A DNA stretch of 64,000 bases from Squalus acanthias (taxonomy: Eukaryota): assembly GCA_030390025.1 (NCBI GenBank), contig CM059431.1, positions 132,124,001-132,188,000 on the forward strand, written 5' to 3'. Under the pieces are notes generated by a model. It was not told where the DNA came from and did not search any database. It saw nothing but the letters and a program-made list of their open reading frames with translations. Made by a program: the position numbers and the translations under genes. Shown one piece after another: positions 26,060 to 36,884 of this stretch (position 1 is its first letter; every line of letters begins with the position of its first letter).

Positions 26060-26920
26060 GGTTCATGGACCTCTTTATCACCAAGATTGAGACCATTGAG
26101 TTAAGCTGCCTCTACTGCTTCTTCCCCATCCTCTTGCCCACCAAGTCAACCCTCTCACCAAGTCAACCCTCTCACCAAGTCAACCCTCTCACCAAGTCTG
26201 ATCCAACCATCCCTCTATCATACTGTAGCCCTAAATCCTGGTCTCTTTCTAGTTTCTCTACCATCTTCCCACTGCTCTTTCTGAGCTCATCTCATCCATG
26301 AAACTGAACTCCTTATCCCTCGACCCCATTCCCATTAAATTGCTAACTACCCAACTTCCTTTCCAGTCCCCCATGCTAGCTGACGTTGTAAGCAGTTCCT
26401 TCTCCTCAAGCACTTTCTCCCTTCCTATCAAAACTACCATCATCACCCCTCTTCAAAAAAAACCTCAACCCCTCTGTCCTTGCAAACTACCACCCCAACT
26501 CTAACTTTCCATCCCACACTAAAGTCATTGAACATCTTGTCAACTCCCACATCAATGCCCATGTCTCCCACATCTCCCTGCTGCCCTTTGACATCATTCA
26601 CAGACATGGGGTCAGCTTCCACATATACACTGACACTACCCAGCACTACCTCTCTGTCACCTCTCTCGAACCCTCCACTGCCTCTGTGCTGCCAGACTGC
26701 TTGTTTGATGGCCAATCTTGGATGCACCGCAATTTCCTCCAGCTAAATATTGGAAAGACTGAAGCCATCCTCTTCGGCCCCTACCACAAGCTCCATATCC
26801 TCGCCACCAATTTCAGTCTCTCCCTGGCACAGCCTCAGGCTGAAGCAGACTGTTTGCAATCTCATCGTCCTATCCAACACCATAACCTGTGATCACGAAG
26901 TCTGCCTACTTCCACCTAGG
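26060..26920 (+). mobile_element. Degraded L2 LINE fragment
   Basis: 'SLDPIPIKLL', 'WMHRNFLQLNIGKTEAILFGP'. Confidence 0.8.
26139..26198 (+). repeat. 17-bp tandem repeat, 3.5 copies (caccaagtcaaccctct)
   Basis: Perfect copies read directly from the sequence. Confidence 0.9.
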
Positions 26921-27032
26921 TAATGGTGGGTTTATATAGGATATTGCCACACATCCTTATTGCCTTTATGTGGAGGTATTATATGATATTGACACACATC
27001 CTTTACCTCAAATACAAATTCAAGGAGTAGGA

Positions 27033-28110
27033 AACAACAACAATAACAACTTGTATTTATATAGCACCTTTAACGTAGTAAAACGTCCCAAGGTGCTTCA
27101 CAGGAGTGTTATAAGACAAAAAATTTGACACCGAGCCATACCAGGAGGAATTAGGGCAGGTGACCAAAAGCTTGGTCAAAGAGGTAGGTTTTAAGGAGCA
27201 TCTTAAAGGAGGAAAGAGAGGTAGCGAGGCGGACAGGTTTAGGCAGGGAATTCCAGAGCTTAGGGCCTTGGCAACAGAAGGCACGGCCACCAATAGTTGA
27301 GCGATTATAATCAGAGATGCTCAAGAGGGCAGAATTTGAGGAGCACAGATATCTCGGGGAGGTTGTGGGGCTGAAGAAGATTACAGAGATAGGGAGGGGC
27401 GAGGCCATGGAGGGATTTGAAAACAAGGATGAGAATTTTGAAATCGAGGCGTTGCTTAACCGGGAGCCAATGTAGGTCAGCGAGCACAGGGGTGATGGGT
27501 GAATGGGACTTGGTGTGAGTTAGGACACGGGCAGCCGAGATTTGGATCACCACAAGTTTATGTAGGATAGAATGTGGGAGGCCAGCCAGGAGTGCATTTG
27601 AATAGTCAAGTCTAGAGGTAACAAAGGCATGGATGAGAGTTTCAGCAGCGGATGAGCTGAGGCAAGGGCAGAGACGGGCGATGTTACGGAGGTGGAAATA
27701 TGCGGTCTTAGTTATGCTGCGGATACGTGGCCAGAAGCTAATTTCAGGGTCAAGTATGACACCAATGTTGCGAACAGTGTGGTTCAGCCTCAGACAGACG
27801 TTAGGGAGAGGGATGGAGTCAGTGGCTAGGGAACGGAGTTTGTGGCGGGGACCAAAAACAATGGCTTCGGTCTTCCCAATAGTTAATTGGAGAAGATTTC
27901 TGCTCATCCAGAACTGGATGTCAGACAAGCAGTCTGACAATTTAGAAACCGTGGAGGGCTCGAGAGAAGAGGTAGTGAGGTAGAGCTGGGTGTCGTCAGC
28001 GTACATGTGGAAACTGATGCTGTGTTTTTGGATGATGTCACCAAGGGGCAACATGTAGATGAGAAATAGGAGGGAGCCAAGGATAGATCCTAGGGGGACA
28101 CCAGAGGAAA
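27033..28110 (-). mobile_element. L2 LINE, 5'-truncated
   Basis: ORF 27311-28168 'GVPLGSILG.LLFLIYM.PLG...YADDTQLY...LIHAFVTSRLDYSN...LHWLPV'; (GTT)n tail. Confidence 0.93.
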
Positions 28111-29020
28111 TACTGAAAACGTCTGGAAACACAACCACTTGCATGAAGTATATATGAGATATAGGCACCGATTATACTCACATACCGAAGACTCATTCAG
28201 GAGATCATAAGCATGTCATCTTGACTGTTTACACTTGCCTCAGCAAGACTAAATCAAAAGTTGGCAGGAGCTCCAGTGTGTTGTATTTTTATAGGTTTCA
28301 TTGCGTCGGACAAATGTAGGTATCATATGTCATCACATTTTGTGTGTATGCTGTTGATACAGCAGCTCTCATTTAATGTTAAGGTTAGCTTTTACCATTT
28401 GTTGAGCATGCCTTTGATGTCTTAACTCTTCCAATCTTTATTTCAAAAGACCCTACCTACACTGGAGTCCATTCAGCAATTGACATTCCTTTCTCACATT
28501 CCCCCTCCCCCCCTCCCCCTGCTGTGCTTAATGCCTAGTACATCTGTGTGTCTTTCTGAAGTGTGTTTGAACCTAACACTCCTACATTAGTTCAATATTA
28601 TATAATTCTATATAATGCTAACTTGCTTATTCAATTTAACAATCTATACGAGCCTATCCTTAATTATTCACCTCTGCTCCTGCTTCAGTTCCTCAGCAGT
28701 GTTTGAACTGCATCAAAGAACCTGATCAACAGTTCCCTTCTGCCTGGTGCAAATATTAGTATTCCTCAATAGCACAGATAAAACTTCATCCCAGGCAAAA
28801 CTGTGTAAAATTAAATCTTCTTATTTTTGATGCTTTTTTCACCATTACTTATGCCTCACAGTTCTTATTTGTAAATGTTCTGCCTATTATGACACAAGTT
28901 TATGTGGTACACTCTGGTTCCACAGGAGAGAGATGAAAACTACAACTCGCAATTGTCATCTCTATCTCACACTCAGAGAATTTGTCAACAGGAGGTGCAG
29001 TTCTCCAGAATCCAAACTAC

Positions 29021-29273
29021 AGGAGAAATTTTAACTTTGGGATTGAAGCAAAACTGAAGCCCTAGGTGCCAGAGAGAGAGGCAGGTCTCTGCAAGGGAGA
29101 TGTCTTGCAGGCATTTAGGATCACCGGGATTAAAATTCAGCTTCAGCGGAGGCACAAAACAGGCAGTAGTGAATCGTTCACCCTTCATACACCTGCCAGA
29201 TTTTCCTTCTCATTGACTTTGGTCGATCCGTTACCACCCATTTTTCACCCCATCCAAAGTTGAATTTTACCCC
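29021..29273. mobile_element. Small MITE with 20-bp imperfect TIRs
   Basis: aggagaaattttaactttgg / ccaaagttgaattttacccc match at 15 of 20 positions. Confidence 0.55.
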
Positions 29274-29479
29274 ATAGAATTTTAAGCTCAGAGGGAGTGT
29301 AGTAAGCCCATTGTACCTATGCTGGATCTCTCAAAGAACATACATGGCAACCAAGAAAACTAGCAAAAGCCTGAAGAAAACCAACTGCCCCTAAAAGCTG
29401 TCACAATCCCCAAGAAGCTGACAACTCAAGAACAACTCAGATTATAAACCAAAGCCATGTGAAAATAACCAGCTACATG

Positions 29480-31232
29480 GGCCAGATTTTTGCCTACCTC
29501 GGCAGGGTCAGGTGTGGGCAGTGTCCGTGGCGGGTCGGGACCCTGCTGCTGGCTCCATCCCGCTGTTGAAAATGAACTTACCTTAATGGGGCCTATTAAG
29601 CCCGCCCAGCACGTTACCCGGCCCAATGAGATGAGTGGGTCTGGTGATGTCATTCATGAAGCGTTTTGAGCTGGGATCTTCAAAGGGACCATGGCCACAT
29701 TACATTTGAAGTTTCATCTAACGTAGTGCTATCAGCGCACTACAGCACTGAATGCTGCAAACACTGACAATGACTGCACAGAGGCAGAGGTGCACAGAGG
29801 CTTATGGAGGGAGTCAAAGCATGCAGAGAGGTCCTCCTCCCTTCCGATGGGCGGAAGAGACCTCCCCAGGAGACCAAAACAGCCTGGTTACAGATTGCAG
29901 CGGAGGTCACAAGTAGGGATGTGTTCAGGAGGACCTGGGTGCAGTTCTGCAAACGTTTCAATGATCTCATTAGATCAGGAAATGTTAGTACAAAGCCACA
30001 CTCAACTGCATCCTGCTGTGCCTCTCGTCATATCCCCATCACTCTGCCTTCCCTACCCTACTCCTGCACATCCTTACTCACACTAACCTACCTTGCACCG
30101 CCACCCATCCCTCCCGCTCTATCTACGTTATCACATCCCCATCTCACTAGCCACCCCTCACACGTGCCCTCATCCTAATGTAATCATATCACATAAAAAC
30201 ACACAAGGGTAGCACTTGGTTGTTTTATCCAATGTTCATGTAAAGTTTCTGTTAATGTGGTGTCAAACATAAAAATCTTTATTTTCAACACTTTTCAGTC
30301 TTGGACAGATTTGTGTGCACCTTTGGAAGTGACTTAGTGAGTTGCAGTGAATGATGAGACATAATCGAACCTCCCGCAATGGTGATGAGTGTGAAAGGTA
30401 TGGCTTGGTCATTGTAGGGATGCTTTACGGTGTTGGTGTGGGTGGTTCCAACCTAGGTGTACACCCTGGGCAGCCAGGGTATACAGCGTAAAGTTAACTA
30501 AATCTGGCCATGATGAGGCCATCACTGGCCTCCGAGGCTCGGGTGCTGATGCTCTCTGTCCTGTGGAGCATCAGGTGGTTGAGGAGAAGGTTGGTGTTGT
30601 TGGTGCAGCTGGTGTGCCTGGTGCTGTTGGTGTTGGGGCTCATCGTGGTCGGATTCTGAGGACCAAGGTGAGACGGTATAAACAGCACCCATATTGATGG
30701 AATAGATGGCAGGTGAAGTACAGATTACAGAGGTATTCTATCAATGGTGAGAGAGTTCTTCCAATGAGGTAAGACTGGATGGAGACTTTGCTGGAAAGAC
30801 TTGCAGCCTGCAGAATCTGTGCTGGAAATGGACTGAGCAACAGCTTCTGAGTGAGGAAAGTGATCATCTGTCAGGTGGGAGCTTTTACTGTACATTTGAT
30901 GCTGTCAAGTAATCAGCTGGAGCAATGGCCACAGAACTCCTGCATCAGGTTGACAGACGTGGTTCCCGAGCTACGTGAATCCCGTGGCCATGCAGGGAAA
31001 TTTAAAATATTGGGGGAAAAGGCTCTTAAGTGCCTGTAAACTACCTGATAATTATTTAAATTGGGTCGCCCGCCGCTGCCGGTTGGGTCGGCTTCGCGAT
31101 GACAGACGCGCCTGGGGGAAAGGCGCGAGGGAGCAAGATGACAGCGGGTTCCCGACCCACTGTCAAAAATAACAACTTTCCCACCCGACCCACCATCGAT
31201 CGCGCCAGCTACCACCCCAGAAAATTCCGGCC
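29480..31232 (+). mobile_element. Non-autonomous PIF/Harbinger derivative (Myb exon + transposase-like termini)
   Basis: TIRs ggccagattttt / aaaattccggcc; TSD ATG; Myb/SANT segment on + and transposase-like remnant on -. Confidence 0.85.
29804..29983 (+). pseudogene. Myb/SANT-like (trihelix) DNA-binding domain exon
   Basis: MEGVKACREVLLPSDGRKRPPQETKTAWLQIAAEVTSRDVFRRTWVQFCKRFNDLIRSG fits the AW..IA..V...RT..Q..KR.NDL pattern and is followed by donor-like gttagt. Confidence 0.8.
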
Positions 31233-31878
31233 ATGGACTTTATAATTTAAGCTGTAGGTATAATCAACATTACTTCACTTATACAGGAGTGATAAAAAAA
31301 AAAATAAGTACTTGAAAGCCTACAGAGGAAATCCAAATACTGAAGGAATAAAATTGGTAGTGCACTCCTAGAGAATCTGCGGGCAGGCTCTCTTGAAAAA
31401 TGTTGAATTTCTACATTTAAAATGACTGATTTTAATCACTTTTATACTTCACAAAGACTGTGTAACTACTTGATTTCACATGTCAGGGACTTTGTGTACA
31501 CAGCTTTGGGGGACTATGTCCGCTTTTGCTCGTTCTCTGGGTTTGCATGTAAAGTAGTTTGAAAATTTATTTGAGCAATTTGATTAATTCATTTTGACAG
31601 TTTTAATGGTTTCTGATTGTTACTTTAGTAAATGATTTGATTGGTAGGATTTAGTGGTTCCTTGTTTGTGATTGAAGATCGTGACTATATTTACCTATTG
31701 CATATTTGAGTAAAGCAGCATGGTTAACTCAACACAGCAATTATTTAAGCCAAGTGGTAAAGTTCGACAGATTTTTTTCCCCAATGTTTTTGTGACACTC
31801 TGGGTGTCGCATAACAACAACTGAATAGGAGCGTTACCAGACAAAATTTGACACCGAGGCAAATAAAGAAATATTAGA

Positions 31879-32818
31879 TATAAAACCAGAAAATGCTGAA
31901 AATACTCAGTAGGTCAGGGAGCATCTGTGGAGAGAGAAACAACATTAACGGGGTGAATTTTAATCTCTAAGAACGGGTGGGTTTGGGTTGGCTGAGATGT
32001 TAAAAATTGAAAAATCTCAAACCCGACCACAACCCGCCTCCAACCCGCCCACTTCCGGGTTTAACGGAGGCGGGACAAAGGGCGGGCCGCCAACCCGCTC
32101 CCAGGAGGTGTGCTGGTCATTTAACTATTTAAATGAGGCTGGCAGCCTCAGATTTGACCTCCTTTGCACGTTTAAACCTGGCCGGACAGGTTTCCCAGGC
32201 CTCGGGAAACCCAACAGCTGAAGGGAGGCGAGGACAGCTTCGGTGAGAAGGTAAGTTGCTTTCCCGCACTGCTTGTAGGCCAGGAGGAGCCCGAGCCCCA
32301 GCCCCCCAAGCTTACCCTCTTGCCTTGGATCGGACCTCCCCCATGAGACACCCCCGTACAAAGAGCCCCGAGGTCGGGCATTGGACGCTACCCCAGGGTC
32401 GGGGTTCGGACCCCCTCATGATCGGGGATCGGACCCCCCACCCCACGCTCCCAATAGCAGATGCAGGCTCCCTACCTGGGGCTGGGGCTGTAGCCTGCTC
32501 CGGAGTGCTCCCCACCTGACTGCAAGCCAAGCCTGTCGATCAAGCTGACTTCCGGACGGAGATCCTGGCAAAAAAAAAAATACACACGCTGTGGAGTAAA
32601 ATTCCACACCATGTTTCCCGACCGAAACTCCGTCCCCCAGCCTATGTAACCTGCCCCTGTCAAGATTGGAGCCAACGTTTCAGGCCGATGACTTTTCGCC
32701 ATTGACCTGAAACGTTAACTCTTTTTCTCTCTCCACAGATGCTGCCTGACCTGCTGAGTATTTTCAGCATTTTCTGTTTTTATTTCAGATTTCTAACATC
32801 CGCAGTATTTTGTTTTTA
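31879..32818. mobile_element. Inverted-repeat Penelope pLTR remnant containing a MITE
   Basis: The left arm (31879-31949 plus 32677-32690) is the reverse complement of the right arm (32700-32782). Confidence 0.8.
31950..32673 (+). mobile_element. Harbinger-like MITE
   Basis: Exact TSD AAC, which restores pLTR ttaacgtttcagg; ends ggggtgaatttt / aagattggagcc; homolog of 43382-44050. Confidence 0.85.
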
Positions 32819-34219
32819 GTGAAGAACAATTAGAACATGAAACCAAAAGCCTGGTTAAAGATGTAGGTTTTTAAGGAGCATCTTAAAGGAGGAAAGAGAG
32901 GTAGAGAGGCAGAGAGGTTTACGGAGTGAATTCCAGAGGAAATCAGGGATGCACAAGAGGCCAGAATTGGAGGAGTGCAGAGATCTCGGAGTGTGGTAGG
33001 GCTACAGGACGTTACAGAGATAGAGAGGGCCAAGGCCATGGAGGGATTTGAACACAAGGATGAGAAATTAATTTTGAGGTGTTGCCAGACCAGGGGTCAA
33101 TGTAACCCAGTGAGCACAAAGGGTAATGGATGAACGGGACTTGGTGCGAGTTAAGATACGGGCAGCAGAGTTTTGAATGAGCTGAAGTTTACGGAGGATG
33201 GAAGGTGGGAGGCTGGCCAGGAGAGTATTGGAATAGTCGAGTCCAGAGGTAGAGCATGGATGAGGGTTTCAGCAGCAGATGGTCTGAGGCAGGGGTGGAG
33301 ACGGGCGTTAATATGGAGGGGGAAGTAGACGGTCTTGTTGTGGAAAGGATATGGGGTCGGATGTTCAGCTCAGGGTCAAACAGGACACCGAGGTTGTCAG
33401 CAGTCTCGTTCAGCCTCAGATAGTGGCCAATGAGGGGGATGGAGTCGGTGGCTAGTGAACGGAGTTTGTGGCAGGGACGGAAGACAATGGCTTCAGTCTT
33501 CCCAATATATAATTGGAGGAAATTTTTGCTCATCCAATACTGGATGTCGGACAAGTAGCGTGACAAATCATTTGATGTGATTTGCACATTTGAAGTGATA
33601 AAAATGTGCTATAATTGTAATTATATAGACTGAAGTTCAGAATCTTGCAGCTGCTGTCAGCTCTGATATACTTGCTGATCAAGAATTCTTTGTTGAAAGA
33701 GTTATCCTCGACACAGTCAGATGTTTATTTCTAAAGAGGTATTTGATTAGCCAGCAGAGCTGCTGGAAACATGGCAATGAGCCTTTCAAAACTTTCTCAC
33801 ATAGCAACCAAATCTGGGGGCTGATACAGTGGCATTTTGACAAATATCTAGGTGACCTGCACTCTCCGCACTGAGTATCAGTTAGCAGAAAGGAAAGCTC
33901 TTTCAGCAAAGCCTCGACAGAAACCAGAATTGCAAATTCTCTGAATTCACAAAGAGTATACATTTGAAATTAGGATTCAGGTCAATAACAAATTCAGCAA
34001 ATTCCTCTAAAGGGTGTATGTGGTACTGGATGCTATTATATTTATCAGAAATGTAACAATATATTTTGTTGAACCTCTGTTTACTCATTTGCCTGAAAGT
34101 ACATGCATTAATGGAGGCTAATTATAGTTTTAAAATAAAGTTAGGCAAAAAAAAGGTTGACCTTTTTTGTGAGGCCCTTTCTATTTTCCTCTTTTCCAAG
34201 CAAGCAAGATCTGTAACAC

Positions 34220-34841
34220 GAGCCCCAATTTTAACCGGGAGTGGGACTTGGACGAGGCGAGTGCCAAAATTCCCCCCCACAATCGTGGCAAAGGGGCCTG
34301 GGCGATTTTAACTCTCGAGCCTCAACTTCATGGCGCCGGCTAGCGTCAAAATCCCACACAACATAGGCAGGAAGTGCCAATTGGCGGACGGGTGGTAGCG
34401 GAAATTTGGGCAGCAGCGACAGGAGGCTGGGAATGGGTTTCAGGAGAGTTTCGAGGGAGGGAGTGGGGGTTAGGGGGAGACTGGGGCAAGGGAGGCATAA
34501 ACTTTCATTTTGGGACCCGGAATAGCAATGCTGCTCCTGACCCCGCAAGGAAAGTTAAAGAAACTTCCCGCTGTCTACACCTGGCGGGAAAACCACAACG
34601 GTTTCTCTGCTCAGGCTAGCTAAAATTGCAGTCAGGGCCCGATGCAATCATTGGACCGGATCTGCATATTTAAAGAAGGACCTTGCCGGCTTGAGGTGTC
34701 CTTGCTGCTTGTTCAGAAGAGCAAGAAGTTAAAATAGAAGAGGGCGAAATTGGTGAGGGACATTGGCGGTAAGCCACCTGGCCGATTTGAACTGGCCCTC
34801 CCAACCAGTTTCCGCCAGGTGGGGAGGGTTAAAATCGCCCC
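34220..34841. mobile_element. Harbinger-like MITE
   Basis: Ends gagccccaattttaac / gttaaaatcgcccc; near-TSD CAC/TAC (boundaries +/-1). Confidence 0.65.
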
Positions 34842-34873
34842 TACATTCTTGTAGTATATAAACTTAGATGCAT

Positions 34874-36200
34874 ATGATAAGAACATAGAACAGGAGTAGG
34901 CCACTCAGCCCCCCGTGCCTGTTCCATCATTTAAATAGATCATGGCTGATCCGTATCTTAACTCCATCTACCTGTCTTGGTTCCATAACCATTAATACCC
35001 TTACCTAACTAAAACCTATCAATCTCAGTTTTGAAATTTTCAATTGACCCAGCCTCAACAGCTTTTTGCGAGGGGAGAGAGTTCCAGATTTCCACTACCC
35101 TTTGTGTGAAAAAGTGCTTCCTGACATCACCCCTGAAAGGCCTAGCTCTAATTTTGAGGTTATGTCCCCTTGTTCTGGACTCTCCCACCAGAGGAAATAG
35201 TTTCTCTCTATCTACCTTATCAAATCCTTTAATCATCTTAAACACCTCAATTAGATCACCCCTTAATCGTCTATATTCAAGGGAATACAAGCCTAGTTAT
35301 GCAACCTGTCGTGATTTAACCCTCTTAGCCCAGGTGTCATTCTGATGAATCTTCGCTGCACCCCCTCCAAGGCCAATATATCCTTCCTGAGGTGCGGTGC
35401 CTAGAACTGAATGTAATACTCTAAATGGGGTCTAACCAGAGCTTTATTATGTAACATAACTTCCACTCCTGTGTATTCCAGCCCACTTGAGATAAAGGCC
35501 AAAAATCCATTAGCATTTTTAATTACTTTTTGTACCTGTCTGCTAGCTTTTAGTGATTTCTGTATTTAGACCCCTAAATTTCTCTGCTCCTCCACAGTTC
35601 CTATCTTCTCGCCATTTAGAGAGTACTCTGATGTATATTTCTTAGGTTCAAAGTGGATGACCTCACACTTTCCCACATTGAACTCCATCTGCCACAGTTT
35701 TGCCCACTCAGTTAATCTATCAATGTCCCTTTGCAACTTTCTGCTCCCAACTATAATATTTACTGTGTCATCTAACTTGGTGTCGTCAGCAAACTTGGAT
35801 ATAGGGCTCTCTATTCCTTCATCCAAGTCATTCATATATATAGTGAAAAGCTGAGGCCCCAGTACAGATCTCTAGGGGACAACACTGGTCACATCCTTCC
35901 AGTTTGAGTACAATCCCATTATCCCTACTCTCTGTCTTCCACCTCCTAACCAATTCCCTACCCATGTCAACAGGTTGCGTTCAATTCTGGGCACTCTCAT
36001 TTTTGTTAACAGTCACTTATGTGGAATCTTATTGAATGCCTTCTGGAAGTCTATATAACTAACATCCGTAGACACTCCCTTATCTACCATGATAGTTACC
36101 TCCTCAAAAATTTCAACCATGTTCATTAGACATAACCTACCCTTTACAAATCTATGCTGGCTCGTTTTGATCAGTTCATATTTGTCCAAGTGCTCAGTAA
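34874..36200 (-). mobile_element. CR1 LINE 3' fragment
   Basis: DFQKAFNKIPHK, FADD, 'RRLRGDLIEVFK'; 3' UTR and tail present. Confidence 0.92.
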
Positions 36201-36884
36201 CATGAGAGAATCGCCCTGCCCATAATGCTCTATTCAAAATGGCAACTCTAGCAAAAGAGCTTGAATAAAAGGTTTCAGGGATTTCTGTAAATTCAGCATT
36301 AATATCCAAGTAATTATATTAAGATTGCAAAACTTTTGCTAAATATTTTTCAGTTAAGATTTGCATGAAATGGGCCTTAAAGAGCAAGCAGGATTTTCTG
36401 ACATTAAAAAAATACTTTGAAGAATATCTTTTTCACTACTACTTCAGGAATTTTGTGCATTGTGATAAAATATAATGTTACCTGCAAAATGCAGTACATT
36501 TTGATCTATTTTCACTTGCCACACTTTGTTTCCTACCTCCACATACAGAATCATGTGTACCTCTCCCAAGCTGAGAGAGTTGGAAGGAAATCTGCTTGAA
36601 GGCCACTGACCAGCTATTAGGAAGTCCACGAGGGTGGTCTGTCCTAACTCCGACTCCAATTTTCCCTTCCTTGTGGGTCTGTCTCTAACCTGTACCCTCC
36701 TCTGTCTTCACTTGGTGTTTCTGTCAATAGCCCGGCGGTCAAGTTTGGGAACTTGTTATTGAAGATAATTTCCTTTGCATGCTTGAGCCAATGCGTGTGC
36801 TAATTGTATGCTAAGTTGTCATAATTTTTTGCATCAGTGTTAATGGAGTGGATGTAACACTCCTAAAATTGTTCCTGGCTCTAA

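Larger units (their letters stand above)
31810..33570 (-). mobile_element. L2 LINE 3' fragment interrupted by a Penelope palindrome
   Basis: 'LSDIQYWMSKNFLQLYIGKTEAIVF'. The 3' end at 31810-31877 resumes at ~32821, with flanking aagaaatattaga / aagaacaattaga. Confidence 0.82.

Noticed and set aside
26139..26198. CRISPR-like repeats
   Set aside because: Head-to-tail tandem copies with no spacers, in eukaryotic L2 sequence.
33679..34088. Non-repeat ORFs as host exons
   Set aside because: No recognisable domain or convincing splice signals; cannot be supported without alignment data.
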